A model generated the notes under the pieces. That model searched no databases. It was not told where the DNA came from and worked only from the letters and a program-made list of their open reading frames with translations. The position numbers were made by a program, and so were the translations under genes. DNA of 62,956 nucleotides, the filler included. It is 6 parts of 6 records of this genome, joined end to end, with 100 filler letters (N's around TTAATTAATTAA, not from the genome) between each part and the next. Parts side by side here need not be neighbours in the genome. Positions count along the whole stretch, not along the records: positions 1 to 25,841 come from SRR20825006_2620; positions 25,942 to 33,400 come from SRR20825006_2626; 4 more parts are not named here. One strand, written 5' to 3'. Shown here piece by piece: positions 18,418 to 29,697 of the stretch (position 1 is the first letter of the stretch; the number at the start of each line of letters is the position of its first letter).

Positions 18418-19044
18418 CTATGCACCCAGCCGATACTCACCGCCGCGCTCAATCGCCTTTTTATAAGCGGGGCGTGCCTGCATCCTATCCAGGTATGCCT
18501 GCAGGTTCGGGAAATACGCGAGTGCGCCACCTGCGGCCGCCGCCTCAAACACAAAGGAAAGTTGAACGTCCGCACCAGTGAATGTGTCCCCCACAAAAAA
18601 TTCATTTTCGCCCAGCACTTGCGCGAGATACCCGAGGTGGTTCACCGTCTCGCTTTTTATGCGCGGCCCAAGCGGTGCGCCCGCTTCCCCCAAACGCCCA
18701 ACATAGAGACCAAGCATCAGCGGCAACATGGCAGAGCCTTCCGCATAATGCAGCAGTTCAACATAGGTGTTGTAGAGCGGTGTCTCCGAGGAAGGCGCAA
18801 GCTTGCCATCCCCGTAGGTACGGACCACATATTCGACGATTGCGCCTGACTCCGCGATCTTCACGTCGCCATCTTCAAGAACCGGCGACTTGCCAAGAGG
18901 GTGCACTTTTTTGAGGCTTTCTGGTGCTAACCTCGTTTCCTTGTCACGCTCATAAAATATGATCTCATAATCCAAAGCCAGCTCTTCCAGAAGCCAGAGA
19001 ATCCGTTGAGAGCGAGAGTTGTTAAGATGATGAACTTTGATCAT
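18418..19044 (-). CDS. Glutathione S-transferase
   Basis: HHLNNSRSQRILWLLEEL, HPLGKSPV, ESGAIVEY. Confidence 0.93.
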   Translation of the reverse strand: MIKVHHLNNSRSQRILWLLEELALDYEIIFYERDKETRLAPESLKKVHPLGKSPVLEDGDVKIAESGAIVEYVVRTYGDGKLAPSSETPLYNTYVELLHYAEGSAMLPLMLGLYVGRLGEAGAPLGPRIKSETVNHLGYLAQVLGENEFFVGDTFTGADVQLSFVFEAAAAGGALAYFPNLQAYLDRMQARPAYKKAIERGGEYRLGA

Positions 19045-19278
19045 GAGCGGGGTCCTCTGTTGCAGTTACGACGCCGAATAACGGCGGCTTACCCAGTTAA
19101 ATAGGGCGGTCTGTCAATTGACAACCGGGGCCCTCTTTGTAGGCAAACGTCACCGTTCAAATTTCTTAAATTTCGTTGGGCCAGAATACAGCATGTGCTA
19201 GTTTTCTCTGCATCGGTGGACGCGGGGTAACCTCCCACACCCACCCAGCGTGGCAATATAATAAGGGCCCATTGAGCA

Positions 19279-20442
19279 ATGACAATCAAGATTGAAGACT
19301 ATTATCCCAAAGAGACTTTTGACCGGATCAAAGCCTTCGCGGAGGATAAAGAAACCCCCTTCCTTGTCGTTGATACCAAAATCATTGATGCCGCCTATGA
19401 AGAGCTGACCGCCGCTTTCCCCATTGCCCGCGTTTTTTATGCGGTCAAGGCAAACCCGGCACCTGAGATCATCAGGCTTCTGAAGGACAAGGGCTCCAAT
19501 TTCGATATTGCGTCGATCTATGAGCTGGACCGAGTGCTCGAGCTTGGTGTTACACCCGACCGAATCAGCTATGGAAACACGATCAAGAAATCGCGTGATA
19601 TCCGCTATTTTTATGAGCGCGGCGTGCGCCTGTTTGCCACAGATTCGGAAGATGACCTGCGCAACATCGCAAAAGCTGCGCCTGGCTCACGTGTGTACGC
19701 ACGCGTGCTGACGGAAGGCACCCATACGGCTGATTGGCCCCTGTCTCGCAAATTTGGCTGCCAGAACGACATGGCGATGGACCTGATGGTGCTCGCACGC
19801 GAACTTGGGCTCGAGCCATACGGTATTTCTTTCCATGTGGGTTCCCAACAGCGCGACATTGGTGCGTGGGACGCCGCAATCGCCAAGGTATGCAATATTT
19901 TTGAACGCCTGCGCGACGAAGACGGCATCGTTCTCAAGATGATCAATATGGGGGGCGGCTTTCCAGGCAACTATGTCACCCGCGCCCATGACCTTCAGAC
20001 TTATGCGAACGAGATTACCCGCTTCCTGAAGGAAGACTTTGGCGACGACATGCCCGAAATCATTCTGGAGCCGGGCCGTTCCCTTGTGGCCAATGCCGGC
20101 ATTCTGGTAAGCGAGGTTGTGTTGATCTCCCGCAAGGCGCGCATGTCGCTGCACCGCTGGGTGTTCACAGATGTTGGTAAATTCTCCGGCCTTATCGAGA
20201 CAATGGACGAAGCCATCAAATACCCGATCTACACAGAAAAACAGGGTGAATTTGAAGCGTCTATTATTGCAGGCCCAACGTGCGATAGCGCCGATATCAT
20301 GTATGAGGATACCAAAGTGCAGCTACCGCTGAACCTCGCGATCGGGGACAGGCTCTACTGGTTCTCAACCGGTGCCTACACCACGAGCTACAGCGCCATT
20401 GAGTTCAATGGCTTCCCGCCACTACAGGGTTATTATATCTAG
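19279..20442 (+). CDS. Fold-type III PLP-dependent ornithine(/lysine) decarboxylase
   Basis: YAVKAN, FDIAS, SFHVGSQ, GGGF, EPGR, GPTCDS, GAYT. Confidence 0.92.
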   Translation: MTIKIEDYYPKETFDRIKAFAEDKETPFLVVDTKIIDAAYEELTAAFPIARVFYAVKANPAPEIIRLLKDKGSNFDIASIYELDRVLELGVTPDRISYGNTIKKSRDIRYFYERGVRLFATDSEDDLRNIAKAAPGSRVYARVLTEGTHTADWPLSRKFGCQNDMAMDLMVLARELGLEPYGISFHVGSQQRDIGAWDAAIAKVCNIFERLRDEDGIVLKMINMGGGFPGNYVTRAHDLQTYANEITRFLKEDFGDDMPEIILEPGRSLVANAGILVSEVVLISRKARMSLHRWVFTDVGKFSGLIETMDEAIKYPIYTEKQGEFEASIIAGPTCDSADIMYEDTKVQLPLNLAIGDRLYWFSTGAYTTSYSAIEFNGFPPLQGYYI

Positions 20443-20548
20443 GCAACAGACCCTTTACCGCCCAGAATATCTTGCCATCCTATATGGTTGGCGAATAATA
20501 CTTGCTGGCTAATTGGCCTATGGCCTCACCGGGCTCGTGGTATGGGGG

Positions 20549-22963
20549 ATGATGATGGGAGAGCAGACGCCCGGTTTCAACCGGCTTGCATCCGCAGTTT
20601 TGCGGCTGCTCTTCGCGTGCTTTGCTGTTTCTTGCCTGCTCACCTCACCTGCTGCTTCAGAGACCTCTGATAGGTCCCCTAACTTGCTGCCCGGCGCCTG
20701 TTATTTCTATACAGAACGGCAAGACGACTTTCCTAATTTGCTGCCTTTGGTGGCCGGTCAAAAATGCGATGGCAAAGTGCAGGCCCGCCGCGACATGGTG
20801 TGGCTGTCCATGACACTGCACGAGGTAAAACCCGCCACACATACAAATTATCAACTCATAATGTTCCGTCACTGGGTCGAGCGTGCGGTCATACAGTTGC
20901 ACTATGCGGACGGCTACATGCAGAGCTATGATGTCGGCCCTCGTGACTTTGACGCCTTCTGGTCTGTTGGAAATTTTGTCAAATTCTCAGCGCCCGCGAG
21001 GGAGGCACCCGTTGAGCATATTCTGGTTGGCCTGCAGAACCCGTCATCCATCAAACTGTTCCGGGAAATTCGCTTCACGAAAGACACCGCTTGGCAAAAC
21101 GATGAGCTAAACGGCCACCTTCTTGTCAGCTTGATCGCAGGCGCCATCCTCGCCATGCTGATCTATAATATTTCGCTGGCGGCCGTGCTTCGGTTTGATT
21201 TTCACTTGCATTATTGCCTGTTTCTGTTTTCCATCCTCACTTATATCGTCACCGCCTATGGCTTGGTGGCGCATTATTTCCCCGGCTTGCTGACCGTTGG
21301 GCAGCAGATGAACATCACGATTTTTTCGCTGGGATTGAACGGATTAAGCGGCCTGTTTTTCCTTTGCGCCTTTATGGAAAAAGGGTTGCTTTCACAGCGC
21401 TGGGTCTTCCTTGCCAGAACGGTGGGCATCATCTTCATGGCCTGCGCACTGCTTTATATCAGCGCGCGTGGTTGGCATGCAGACACTATCGACCTTGTAT
21501 TCAACCTCATGTCCGGCGTGGGGCTTGTTGTCATCGTCATCATCCTTGCCAGCACCATTCGTAAAGGCAGTCACGCTGCAATCTATTATGCCATCGGCTG
21601 GATGCTGCCTGTGTTGGGGGTATGCCTGCGCATCCTGCGTGGCCTTGATATAATTCCTCATTCTGCCTTGGTGGAATACGGGATGCCCATCGGCATGGCA
21701 CTTGAGACGGTGATCCTCTCCATCGGTATCGCCAACCGCATCAGCCAGATCAGGAAAGAGCGGGACGCAGCGCGCCTGTTGAGCGAGCAAGCCAGTGCCG
21801 CCAGCAAAGCGAAATCCGACTTTCTGGCCCGGATGAGCCACGAGATACGCACGCCGATGAACGCGATTATCGGCCTGAGCGAATTGATGGCCACCACCAA
21901 ACTAAACACGCAACAGCAAAATTACCTCCAGAACATTCAGGTCTCTGGCGATATATTGTTGACCCTGATCAACGACATTCTCGACCTCTCGAAAATTGAA
22001 GCTGACAAGCTGGAGCTGGAGAAAATACGCTTCACACCCTCTGAGGTTTTCGACAGTGTCCATACGATCATCGAACCCGCTGCCCGCGCGAAAGGACTGA
22101 CGCTGACCCTCAAGGGTACAGACACGCTTCCGCCCGCACTGATGGGCGACCCAACACGGCTACGGCAGGTCCTGATCAATCTTGTCAACAACGCGGTTAA
22201 ATTCACCGATCACGGTGCTGTAGCCGTGCGCGTTGCGGCAAAAGAGGTCGGCGATAAGCTGACGGAAATTTCCTGCAGCGTCCAAGACACCGGGATCGGC
22301 GTGAGCCCAGACCAGCAGGAAAAGCTTTTCCGTGCTTTCACGCAGGCCGACGAAACGGTTACCCGCCGGTTTGGCGGCACCGGCCTCGGCCTTGCCATTT
22401 GCAAGCAGCTTGTTGAGATGATGGACGGCAAGATATGGGTGGAAAGCGAACCCGGCACAGGCACCACCTTCCATTTCAACGTGCAACTTGCGCACGCGAA
22501 CATGAGCGCTGCCAACGCACTCACAAAATCGCGCCAAACGGCCGACACCACTGGCGCGAAGTACACTATCTTCAAAAGTGCCCGCATCCTTGTGGCGGAA
22601 GACAACCCCATCAACCGCATGATTGCCGCCAAGCTGTTGGAACAAGTTGGGGCGCATTCAGACTTCGCCGTGGACGGCCGCGAAGCATTTGAGAAAGCAT
22701 CATCTGGTGCCTATGACCTCATACTCATGGACCTTCAGATGCCTGAGATGGACGGCATTGAGGTCACCCGTGCCTTGCGCGAAACCGATAGAGGCGCGCC
22801 GGTGCCGATCATTGCGATGACAGCGAACGTTAGCGATGAAGACCGGACCCGCTGCTTCGAAGCTGGCATGAATGCTCACATCCCGAAGCCGTTCAAACCT
22901 GAGGAATTTTACGCCGCCATGATGGAATGGCTACCTGAGGGCAGTGACGCGGCGAAGGGCTGA
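20549..22963 (+). CDS. 7TM-DISM hybrid sensor histidine kinase with receiver domain
   Basis: Seven hydrophobic segments, [26 protein letters not shown], receiver DLQMP; track start 20513. Confidence 0.92.
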   Translation: MMMGEQTPGFNRLASAVLRLLFACFAVSCLLTSPAASETSDRSPNLLPGACYFYTERQDDFPNLLPLVAGQKCDGKVQARRDMVWLSMTLHEVKPATHTNYQLIMFRHWVERAVIQLHYADGYMQSYDVGPRDFDAFWSVGNFVKFSAPAREAPVEHILVGLQNPSSIKLFREIRFTKDTAWQNDELNGHLLVSLIAGAILAMLIYNISLAAVLRFDFHLHYCLFLFSILTYIVTAYGLVAHYFPGLLTVGQQMNITIFSLGLNGLSGLFFLCAFMEKGLLSQRWVFLARTVGIIFMACALLYISARGWHADTIDLVFNLMSGVGLVVIVIILASTIRKGSHAAIYYAIGWMLPVLGVCLRILRGLDIIPHSALVEYGMPIGMALETVILSIGIANRISQIRKERDAARLLSEQASAASKAKSDFLARMSHEIRTPMNAIIGLSELMATTKLNTQQQNYLQNIQVSGDILLTLINDILDLSKIEADKLELEKIRFTPSEVFDSVHTIIEPAARAKGLTLTLKGTDTLPPALMGDPTRLRQVLINLVNNAVKFTDHGAVAVRVAAKEVGDKLTEISCSVQDTGIGVSPDQQEKLFRAFTQADETVTRRFGGTGLGLAICKQLVEMMDGKIWVESEPGTGTTFHFNVQLAHANMSAANALTKSRQTADTTGAKYTIFKSARILVAEDNPINRMIAAKLLEQVGAHSDFAVDGREAFEKASSGAYDLILMDLQMPEMDGIEVTRALRETDRGAPVPIIAMTANVSDEDRTRCFEAGMNAHIPKPFKPEEFYAAMMEWLPEGSDAAKG

Positions 22964-22977
22964 TCACAAAAGACCGG

Positions 22978-25167
22978 TCACCGCGGGGCGTATTGCAGTA
23001 CCAAGGTCGCAAGTGGCGGCAGTGTGACCATCGCTGAATAAGGCTGGATATGCCACGGCACGGGCTCCGCATCCACGCCGCCCCCATTGCCCACATCGGA
23101 ACCACCGTAAAATTGCGAGTCTGTATTCAATCGCTCAGCCCAGAAACCTTTGTATGGCATGCCAACACGGTAACCGTGCCGCACGATGGGTGAGAAATTG
23201 CACAGCACAAGGCAGGGCTTTGTACCCTCGCCACCCCAGCGCAGAAAAGAAAGCACATTGTCGTCGGCGGCACTTCCGTCAACCCACTGAAAGCCGTCGT
23301 CAGTACAGTCTCGGCGGTGCATCGCCGGTGTCTCGCGGTAAAGCCGGTTCAGGTCCCGCACAAGGGACTGGATATTCTTGTGGTCGGCATTCTCAAGCAG
23401 GTGCCAATCCAGGCTGTTGTCAGCGTCCCACTCACGCTCCTGCGCGAACTCCCCGCCCATGAACAACAGCTTCTTGCCCGGATGACACCACATAAAGCCA
23501 TAATAAGCCCGCAGGTTGGCGAACTTTTGCCACCTGTCACCCGGCATACGACCGATCAGCGAACCCTTGCCATGCACCACTTCGTCATGGCTGAGCGGCA
23601 ACACGTAGTTCTCTGAAAACGCATACTGGATGCCAAATGTCATCTGATGGTGATGATGCTTGCGGTGCACGGGTTCGGTGGACATATATTTGAGCGTGTC
23701 GTTCATCCAGCCCATGTTCCACTTGAAGCCAAAGCCGAGCCCCCCATCATAGGTGGGGGCGGAGACTTTAGGGTAAGCGGTCGATTCTTCCGCTACCGTA
23801 ATGATCCCGTCATTCAGGGCATAAGCACGCTCATTCATTGCCCGCAACAGAGCAATCGCCTCCAGATTCTCGTTGCCGCCATGCTCGTTGGGCAACCATT
23901 CCCCATCCTTGCGGCTATAGTCCAGATACAGCATGGACGCCACAGCATCCACACGCAAACCATCCAGATGATATTCCTCAAGCCAGAAGTGCGCGTTGGA
24001 GATCAGATAGTTCGCGACCTCACGCCGTCCGAAATTGAAAATGAGCGTGTTCCAGTCGGGGTGACACCCCTTCCTTGGGTCCGCATGCTCAAAAAGATGC
24101 GTACCGTCAAATTTCACAAGCCCATGGTCGTCCGCCGGAAAATGGCCGGGCACCCAATCAAGCAACACACCAATCTCGGCCCTGTGGCAGGCATCAACAA
24201 ATGCCTTGAACTCTGCCGGTGTGCCAAAACGCCGGGTTGGCGAATATAGCCCGACAGGCTGATAGCCCCATGAGCCGTCAAACGGATATTCGGTGATCGG
24301 CATCAGCTCGATATGGGTAAAACCAAGGTCTTTCACATAAGGGACCAAGCGCTCCGCCAGCTCCGCATAGCTCAGGTAGGGGTTGTCTGCGTCCCACGTG
24401 CGCATCCATGACCCCAGGTGCACCTCATAGATCGACATGGGCGCGTGCATATTCTGGCGCGCACCCCTGCCCGCCATCCATTTACCGTCATCCCAGCCAT
24501 AGCCAACGATTGTACGCACCACCGAGGCGGTATTGGGCCGATATTCTGTGCCAAATGCAAATGGGTCGGCTTTGAGGGGCAGTTGTTTGCCATCACCCGA
24601 GAAAACGCAAAACTTATAGTGCGTGCCGTCGCCGATACCCGGCATGAACAGTTCCCAGATGCCGCTTCCACCCCGGCTGCGCATCACATGCTGCGTGCTG
24701 TTCCAGTGGTTGAAATCGCCCACCAGTGCCACATGATGCGCGCCGGGCGCCCACACCGCAAAGGCCGTGCCCATCACACCTTCATGCTCACAAACATGGG
24801 CACCAAGGCAGGTATAGGCCCGCTCGTGTGTGCCTTCAGACAGCAAGTGCAAATCAAGGTCCGATATCACCGGGCCAAACTGGTAGGCATCCTGATAGAA
24901 CCAGCTGTTGCCACCGCTGGTGGCCTTCAGCCTATATCCGTTTTTGGCTTTTGCAGGCGCGAGATAGCCTTCAAAAAGCCCCGCCTCATGGATTTTTGTG
25001 AGCGTACCAAGCGGGCGTTTGCCTGCGGGGGTGAAAACCTCAATTTTTTCCGCGCCCAGCGCATAGGTGCGGATAACGCTGCTGTCCGCTTCCACATGCC
25101 TGCCAAGGCGGGCAAACGGGTCCGTATGCCGCCCGCTTACAATTGCTTCAATTTCCGCCTGATCCAT
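22978..25167 (-). CDS. glgB: 1,4-alpha-glucan branching enzyme
   Basis: YEVHLGSW, SWGYQP, DWVPGHF, RVDAVASM, AEEST, SHDEVVHGK; start uncertain (25167-25239). Confidence 0.96.
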   Translation of the reverse strand: MDQAEIEAIVSGRHTDPFARLGRHVEADSSVIRTYALGAEKIEVFTPAGKRPLGTLTKIHEAGLFEGYLAPAKAKNGYRLKATSGGNSWFYQDAYQFGPVISDLDLHLLSEGTHERAYTCLGAHVCEHEGVMGTAFAVWAPGAHHVALVGDFNHWNSTQHVMRSRGGSGIWELFMPGIGDGTHYKFCVFSGDGKQLPLKADPFAFGTEYRPNTASVVRTIVGYGWDDGKWMAGRGARQNMHAPMSIYEVHLGSWMRTWDADNPYLSYAELAERLVPYVKDLGFTHIELMPITEYPFDGSWGYQPVGLYSPTRRFGTPAEFKAFVDACHRAEIGVLLDWVPGHFPADDHGLVKFDGTHLFEHADPRKGCHPDWNTLIFNFGRREVANYLISNAHFWLEEYHLDGLRVDAVASMLYLDYSRKDGEWLPNEHGGNENLEAIALLRAMNERAYALNDGIITVAEESTAYPKVSAPTYDGGLGFGFKWNMGWMNDTLKYMSTEPVHRKHHHHQMTFGIQYAFSENYVLPLSHDEVVHGKGSLIGRMPGDRWQKFANLRAYYGFMWCHPGKKLLFMGGEFAQEREWDADNSLDWHLLENADHKNIQSLVRDLNRLYRETPAMHRRDCTDDGFQWVDGSAADDNVLSFLRWGGEGTKPCLVLCNFSPIVRHGYRVGMPYKGFWAERLNTDSQFYGGSDVGNGGGVDAEPVPWHIQPYSAMVTLPPLATLVLQYAPR

Positions 25168-25192
25168 CACCACTTGGCTCAAAGGCACTGTT

Positions 25193-25841
25193 TCACCCCT
25201 CATCCGGCAGGGCTTTCCAGATATCCTTCGCATATCCACGGATTGTACGATCTGCAGAGAACCAGCCCATATTCGCTGTGTTCAGGATCGCCTTCCGGTG
25301 CCAATTGTCAACGTCCTTGAACTCGGCGTCCACTTTGCGCTGGGTTTCCCAGTAAGCGTCAAAGTCTGGCGTTACCTGAAAATAGTCATGGGCCAGCACA
25401 TTATCCACCACACCCGCAAAGCGTTCCGTATCGCCGTGGGAATAGAACCCCGATGATATCTGCTTCACCACTTCCTGCAGGCGCGGCGTCTCTGAAACCG
25501 TCATCCAAGGCTGGCAGCCTTCCTGCTGGCGCCGGGCCACCTCGTCAGCCTCCATGCCGAAGATGAAGATATTGTCGTCACCAACATGGTCCTTGATCTC
25601 CACATTCGCGCCGTCAAGTGTGCCGATAGTGAGCGCACCATTAAGCGCAAACTTCATGTTGCCAGTGCCCGACGCTTCAAAGCCTGCGGTTGAGATTTGC
25701 TCAGACAGGTCCGCACCGGGGATCAACTCTTCCGCCGCAGAGACATTATAGTTTGGCAGGAACACCACCTTGAGAAGGTCGCCCACATCTTCATCCGCAT
25801 TCACCTTGGCGGCCACGTCGTTGATCAGCTTGATGATCAGC
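25193..25841 (-). CDS. glgP: Glycogen phosphorylase, C-terminal part (5' truncated by contig end)
   Basis: EQISTAGFEASGTGNMKFALNG, TLDGANVEI, FSADRTI. Confidence 0.95.
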
Positions 25842-25941
25842 NNNNNNNNNNNNNNNNNNNNNNNNNNNNNNNNNNNNNNNNNNNNTTAATTAATTAANNN
25901 NNNNNNNNNNNNNNNNNNNNNNNNNNNNNNNNNNNNNNNNN
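25842..25941. other. Artificial contig spacer
   Basis: N44-TTAATTAATTAA-N44 (stops in all six frames). Confidence 0.99.
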
Positions 25942-26137
25942 CATGCGCCTGCTGCCGATCATCGACCATATCCAGATCGCCGACAGGCCGGGCCGGCATG
26001 AGCCGGGCAGCGGCACCATCGATTTTCCGTCCGTGTTCACGGCCATCCGTTCGAGCGGTTACCCGGGTTGGGTGGGGGCGGAATACCTGCCGGCCGCCGG
26101 GACCAGCATGGGGCTTGGCTGGCGCGAGCGCGCCTGA
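25942..26137 (+). CDS. Hydroxypyruvate isomerase family, C-terminal fragment
   Basis: HIQIADRPGRHEPGSGTIDF, GYPGWVGAEY. Confidence 0.85.
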
Positions 26138-26140
26138 CAT

Positions 26141-28591
26141 TCAGGTGCCGCGCGGCTTGGCACGATTGGTGGCGGACGCGGCAAGCGGATCGTCAGGCCA
26201 GGGGTGGCGCGGATAGCGGCCCTTGAGGTCGCGCGCCACATCCTTCCAGCTGCCGCGCCAGAAGCCGGGCAGGTCCCGCGTGGTCTGGATCGGCCGATGG
26301 GCCGGCGAAAGCAGCACCAGCAAGAGCGGTATGCGGCCATTGGCAATACTGGGGTGCCGGTCGAGCCCGAACAGTTCCTGCACCCGGATTTCCAGCGCCG
26401 GGCCATTTTCGGCGCCATAGTCGATGGGCAGGTGACTGCCCGAGGGCGCGTGGAAATGGCTGGGCAGCAGCTTTTCCATCTCCTGCTTTTTCGCCCAGGG
26501 CAGCATCGCCTCCAGCGCGGCGCCGAGATGCTCGGCGGTGATCGCGGCAAGCCGCGTCTCACCCAGAATGTGCGGGGTCAGCCAGGCCGGGTCGGCAGAC
26601 AGAGCCGTATCGGACAGGTCGGGCCAGTCAGCGCCCAGGCTCTGGTGGAGAAAACTGGCGCGGGCGCGCTGGGCTTTCTGATCCTTGCTCCAGGGCAGGG
26701 TGTCGACCCGTTTGATGGCGGCTTCGGCGAGGAGCTTTGCTGCGGCATCAAAATCGGTCACGGGGGCGGTTTCGTCGGCCAGCCGCAAGGCGTCGAGCCG
26801 GCGCTGCCGGCGGGCGCGCACGGCGCCGCTCGCCGGATCGAAGCTGAGGCTGGTTTCAGTGCGGATATGGGTCGCAAACAGGGTTTCGAGTTCGCTCGCA
26901 TCGAGCGCCGCGGCCGAACGGATGCGGCCCTGCGTGGCGCTGCCGGTCACATCGGCCACGACGATAAAGGGCGCGCCGGCCAGGGCGTGTGTCTCGTCAA
27001 GCTGGGCCTGCCGTCCATTGGCCAGGCGGAAGCGACCGCGGGCACCAGCCGACTGGGCCACCCGGTCGGGAAAGGCGCGGGCGAGGTGATGGCCGGGGGA
27101 CAGGTCCTCACCGGAGGATCCACCGGTCAGCTTTGCCCAGCGTCGGGCCAGGCTGCGGGCGTCCTCGGCGCGGCGCGATCGATCGGTGCGAAAGCGCTCG
27201 AGGCGGCGACCGAGATCGGTATCGTCCCCGCCCAGCCCCCGTTCGCCGATCAGCACGGCCAGTTCGGCAGCGGTTTGCGCATCGCCATCTTCGGCGCCGG
27301 CGACCACCATATGGGCAAGGCGCGGATGCAGTGGCAATTTTGCCAGGGCCTTACCGGCTGGCGTGAGGTGTCCGGCTTGATCGATGGCGTCGAGGCGAGA
27401 AAGCAGCGCTTTGGCCTCGGCCCAGGCCGGGGCAGGCGGGGGATCGAGGAAGGCCAGCGCCTTCGGATCGGTGACGCCCCAGCTGGCGAGATCAAGCAAC
27501 AGGCCGGACAGATCGGCGGCCAGGATCTCCGGGGTTTCGAACCGTTCGAGCGCGGCACTCTGGCCCTGGTGCCAGAGCCGGATGCAGACGCCGGGGCTGG
27601 TGCGCCCCGCCCGGCCGCGGCGCTGGTCGGCGCCGGCGCGGGATACGCGGCGGGTGGCGAGGCTCGTCATGCCGGTGGCGGGTTCATAGACCGGCACGCG
27701 GCGGAAGCCAGAATCGATGACGATGCGCACGCCCTCGATGGTCAGCGAGGTTTCGGCAATCGAGGTCGCCAGCACGATCTTGCGGCGCCCTTCGGGCGCG
27801 GGTTGAATGGCCCGGTCCTGTTCGGCGGGCGAGAGCTGGCCATAAAGCGGCGCCAGATCGGTATTGGCGGGCAGGCGGGTGGCCAGCCGTTCGGCGGTGC
27901 GGGTGATTTCGCCTTGCCCGGGCAGGAACACCAGCACCGATCCCTCATGCTCGCGCAAGGCAGCAAGCGTCGCGCCCGCCACCTGGTCCTCGAGGCGCTG
28001 CAGCGGGTCGGGCTCGACATGCAAAGTCTCGACCGGAAAAGTGCGGCCGGGGCTGTCGATGACCGGCGCATCATCGAGCAGGCGGGCCACACGCGCGCCA
28101 TCGATGGTGGCGGACATGACGAGAAGTCTCAGATCCGGCCGCAGGGCGCGGGCGTCGAGCGCCAGAGCAAATCCCAGATCGCCATCCAGGCTCCGTTCGT
28201 GAAATTCGTCGAAGATGACGGCAGCGACGCCCGCGAGTTCCGGGTCATTGAGCAACATGCGAGTGAAGACGCCCTCAGTGACCACTTCGATGCGGGTGCG
28301 GGCGGAGACTTTGGTCTCCATGCGCACCCGAAAACCAACAGTCTGACCGACCTCCTCGCCCAGCAGTCGGGCCATTTGCCGGGCAGCGGCGCGGGTGGCC
28401 AGCCGGCGCGGTTCGAGCATGAGGATGCGCCCTTCACCGCGCCAGGGGGCATTGAGCAGCGCCAGGGGCACGCGCGTGGTCTTGCCCGCGCCCGGCTGGG
28501 CCACCAGCACGGCGGACATCCCCTGCGTCAGGGCTTCGGCCAGGGCGGGCAGGGCGGCATCGATGGGCAGCGGCGGCATGGGGTTGGGCAT
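26141..28591 (-). CDS. hrpB: ATP-dependent helicase HrpB
   Basis: PGAGKTTRVP, EPRRLA, DEFHERS, MSAT, QRRGRAGR, LLSPA.RP, KGRYPRHPWP; start at MPNPM (track 28666). Confidence 0.96.
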   Translation of the reverse strand: MPNPMPPLPIDAALPALAEALTQGMSAVLVAQPGAGKTTRVPLALLNAPWRGEGRILMLEPRRLATRAAARQMARLLGEEVGQTVGFRVRMETKVSARTRIEVVTEGVFTRMLLNDPELAGVAAVIFDEFHERSLDGDLGFALALDARALRPDLRLLVMSATIDGARVARLLDDAPVIDSPGRTFPVETLHVEPDPLQRLEDQVAGATLAALREHEGSVLVFLPGQGEITRTAERLATRLPANTDLAPLYGQLSPAEQDRAIQPAPEGRRKIVLATSIAETSLTIEGVRIVIDSGFRRVPVYEPATGMTSLATRRVSRAGADQRRGRAGRTSPGVCIRLWHQGQSAALERFETPEILAADLSGLLLDLASWGVTDPKALAFLDPPPAPAWAEAKALLSRLDAIDQAGHLTPAGKALAKLPLHPRLAHMVVAGAEDGDAQTAAELAVLIGERGLGGDDTDLGRRLERFRTDRSRRAEDARSLARRWAKLTGGSSGEDLSPGHHLARAFPDRVAQSAGARGRFRLANGRQAQLDETHALAGAPFIVVADVTGSATQGRIRSAAALDASELETLFATHIRTETSLSFDPASGAVRARRQRRLDALRLADETAPVTDFDAAAKLLAEAAIKRVDTLPWSKDQKAQRARASFLHQSLGADWPDLSDTALSADPAWLTPHILGETRLAAITAEHLGAALEAMLPWAKKQEMEKLLPSHFHAPSGSHLPIDYGAENGPALEIRVQELFGLDRHPSIANGRIPLLLVLLSPAHRPIQTTRDLPGFWRGSWKDVARDLKGRYPRHPWPDDPLAASATNRAKPRGT

Positions 28592-28746
28592 AGAGAGCCG
28601 ATAGCCTTTGCTGCGACCTGCACGCAAGGGGCGTTGCGCCCGGTGCCGGTTTAGGGGCTTGTTCATCGCAAGCGTACTTGCGGGTTCTCCTTTGCGCCAG
28701 AGCGGGTTAGGGTGCTTGCCGTTCCCGCAACGGCCCGGAGTGGCGC

Positions 28747-29613
28747 ATGCAACTGACCCGTATCGCCAATGACCAGATCACGGTCGATATTGCGGCGCTA
28801 GGCGCTGAAATGCAGTCGATCCAGACGCGCGATGGCCGGCATTGGCTCTGGCATGGCGACGCCACCTATTGGACTGGCCGGTCCCCCATTCTGTTCCCTA
28901 TTGTCGGCAAGGCACCCAATGACACGGTGACCGTGGACGGCACGCCGTTCCAGATGAGCCAGCATGGCTTTGCCCGGCGCAGCAATTTTTCGCTCGTGCT
29001 TGAGGAGTCGGACCGTTGCGTCTATCGGCTGACCGCCTCCGAAGCGAGCCGGGCCATGTTTCCCTTCGATTTCCAGCTCGATGTCGAGCATCGGGTGGAA
29101 GGGCGCGCTGTCGTGGTGAGCGCCATGGTCACCAATCGCGACCACAAGATCATGCCCTTCGGCATCGGCTTTCACCCGGCCTTTGCCTGGCCGCTGCCGG
29201 GCGCAGAGGGAGCGCCGCATGGTGTCGAACTGGACGAAGGCGGCACGCCGGCGCTGCATCGGCTTTCGGGCGGGCTGGTGGATCCCAAGGCGCTGCCCTC
29301 GCCCTTTGAAGCGGGGCGTTTGACGCTCGACCACAGCCTGTTTGCGGACGACGCCATGCTGTTTCCCGAAGGGGCGGGCGCCGGGCTGGTCTATGGCCCT
29401 GCCGAGGGGCCGAGCGTGCATTTCACCTGGGAGAACCTGCCCAATTTCGCGCTCTGGACCAAGCCGGGCGCCGGCTTTATCTGCCTCGAACCCTGGCACG
29501 GCACCGCTGCGGAAATCGGCAGGTCGGAAGAATTGAGCGAGCGGCCGTTCTCCGAATTGCTGGGGCCGGGCGCAACGGCGCGCTACAGCTTCCGGGCGGA
29601 ACTCAGGGGTTAG
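28747..29613 (+). CDS. Aldose 1-epimerase family protein
   Basis: PILFPIVG, QHGFAR, GFHPAF, FICLEPWHG. Confidence 0.9.
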   Translation: MQLTRIANDQITVDIAALGAEMQSIQTRDGRHWLWHGDATYWTGRSPILFPIVGKAPNDTVTVDGTPFQMSQHGFARRSNFSLVLEESDRCVYRLTASEASRAMFPFDFQLDVEHRVEGRAVVVSAMVTNRDHKIMPFGIGFHPAFAWPLPGAEGAPHGVELDEGGTPALHRLSGGLVDPKALPSPFEAGRLTLDHSLFADDAMLFPEGAGAGLVYGPAEGPSVHFTWENLPNFALWTKPGAGFICLEPWHGTAAEIGRSEELSERPFSELLGPGATARYSFRAELRG

Positions 29614-29697
29614 TCGACCGCCATTCGAGCACAGCTCTCATGGCCTCCTTGTCTCGTTTCTCCCCACTGGGGCGAAACGCCAACGGACGACGCGGAG

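Noticed and set aside
25886-25897. Recurrent TTAATTAATTAA as a biological repeat or CRISPR
   Set aside because: Always centred in N-runs; assembly linker. No CRISPR array or cas gene seen anywhere
26204-28654. 816-aa ORF on + strand
   Set aside because: Antisense shadow of hrpB in high-GC DNA; no recognisable motifs
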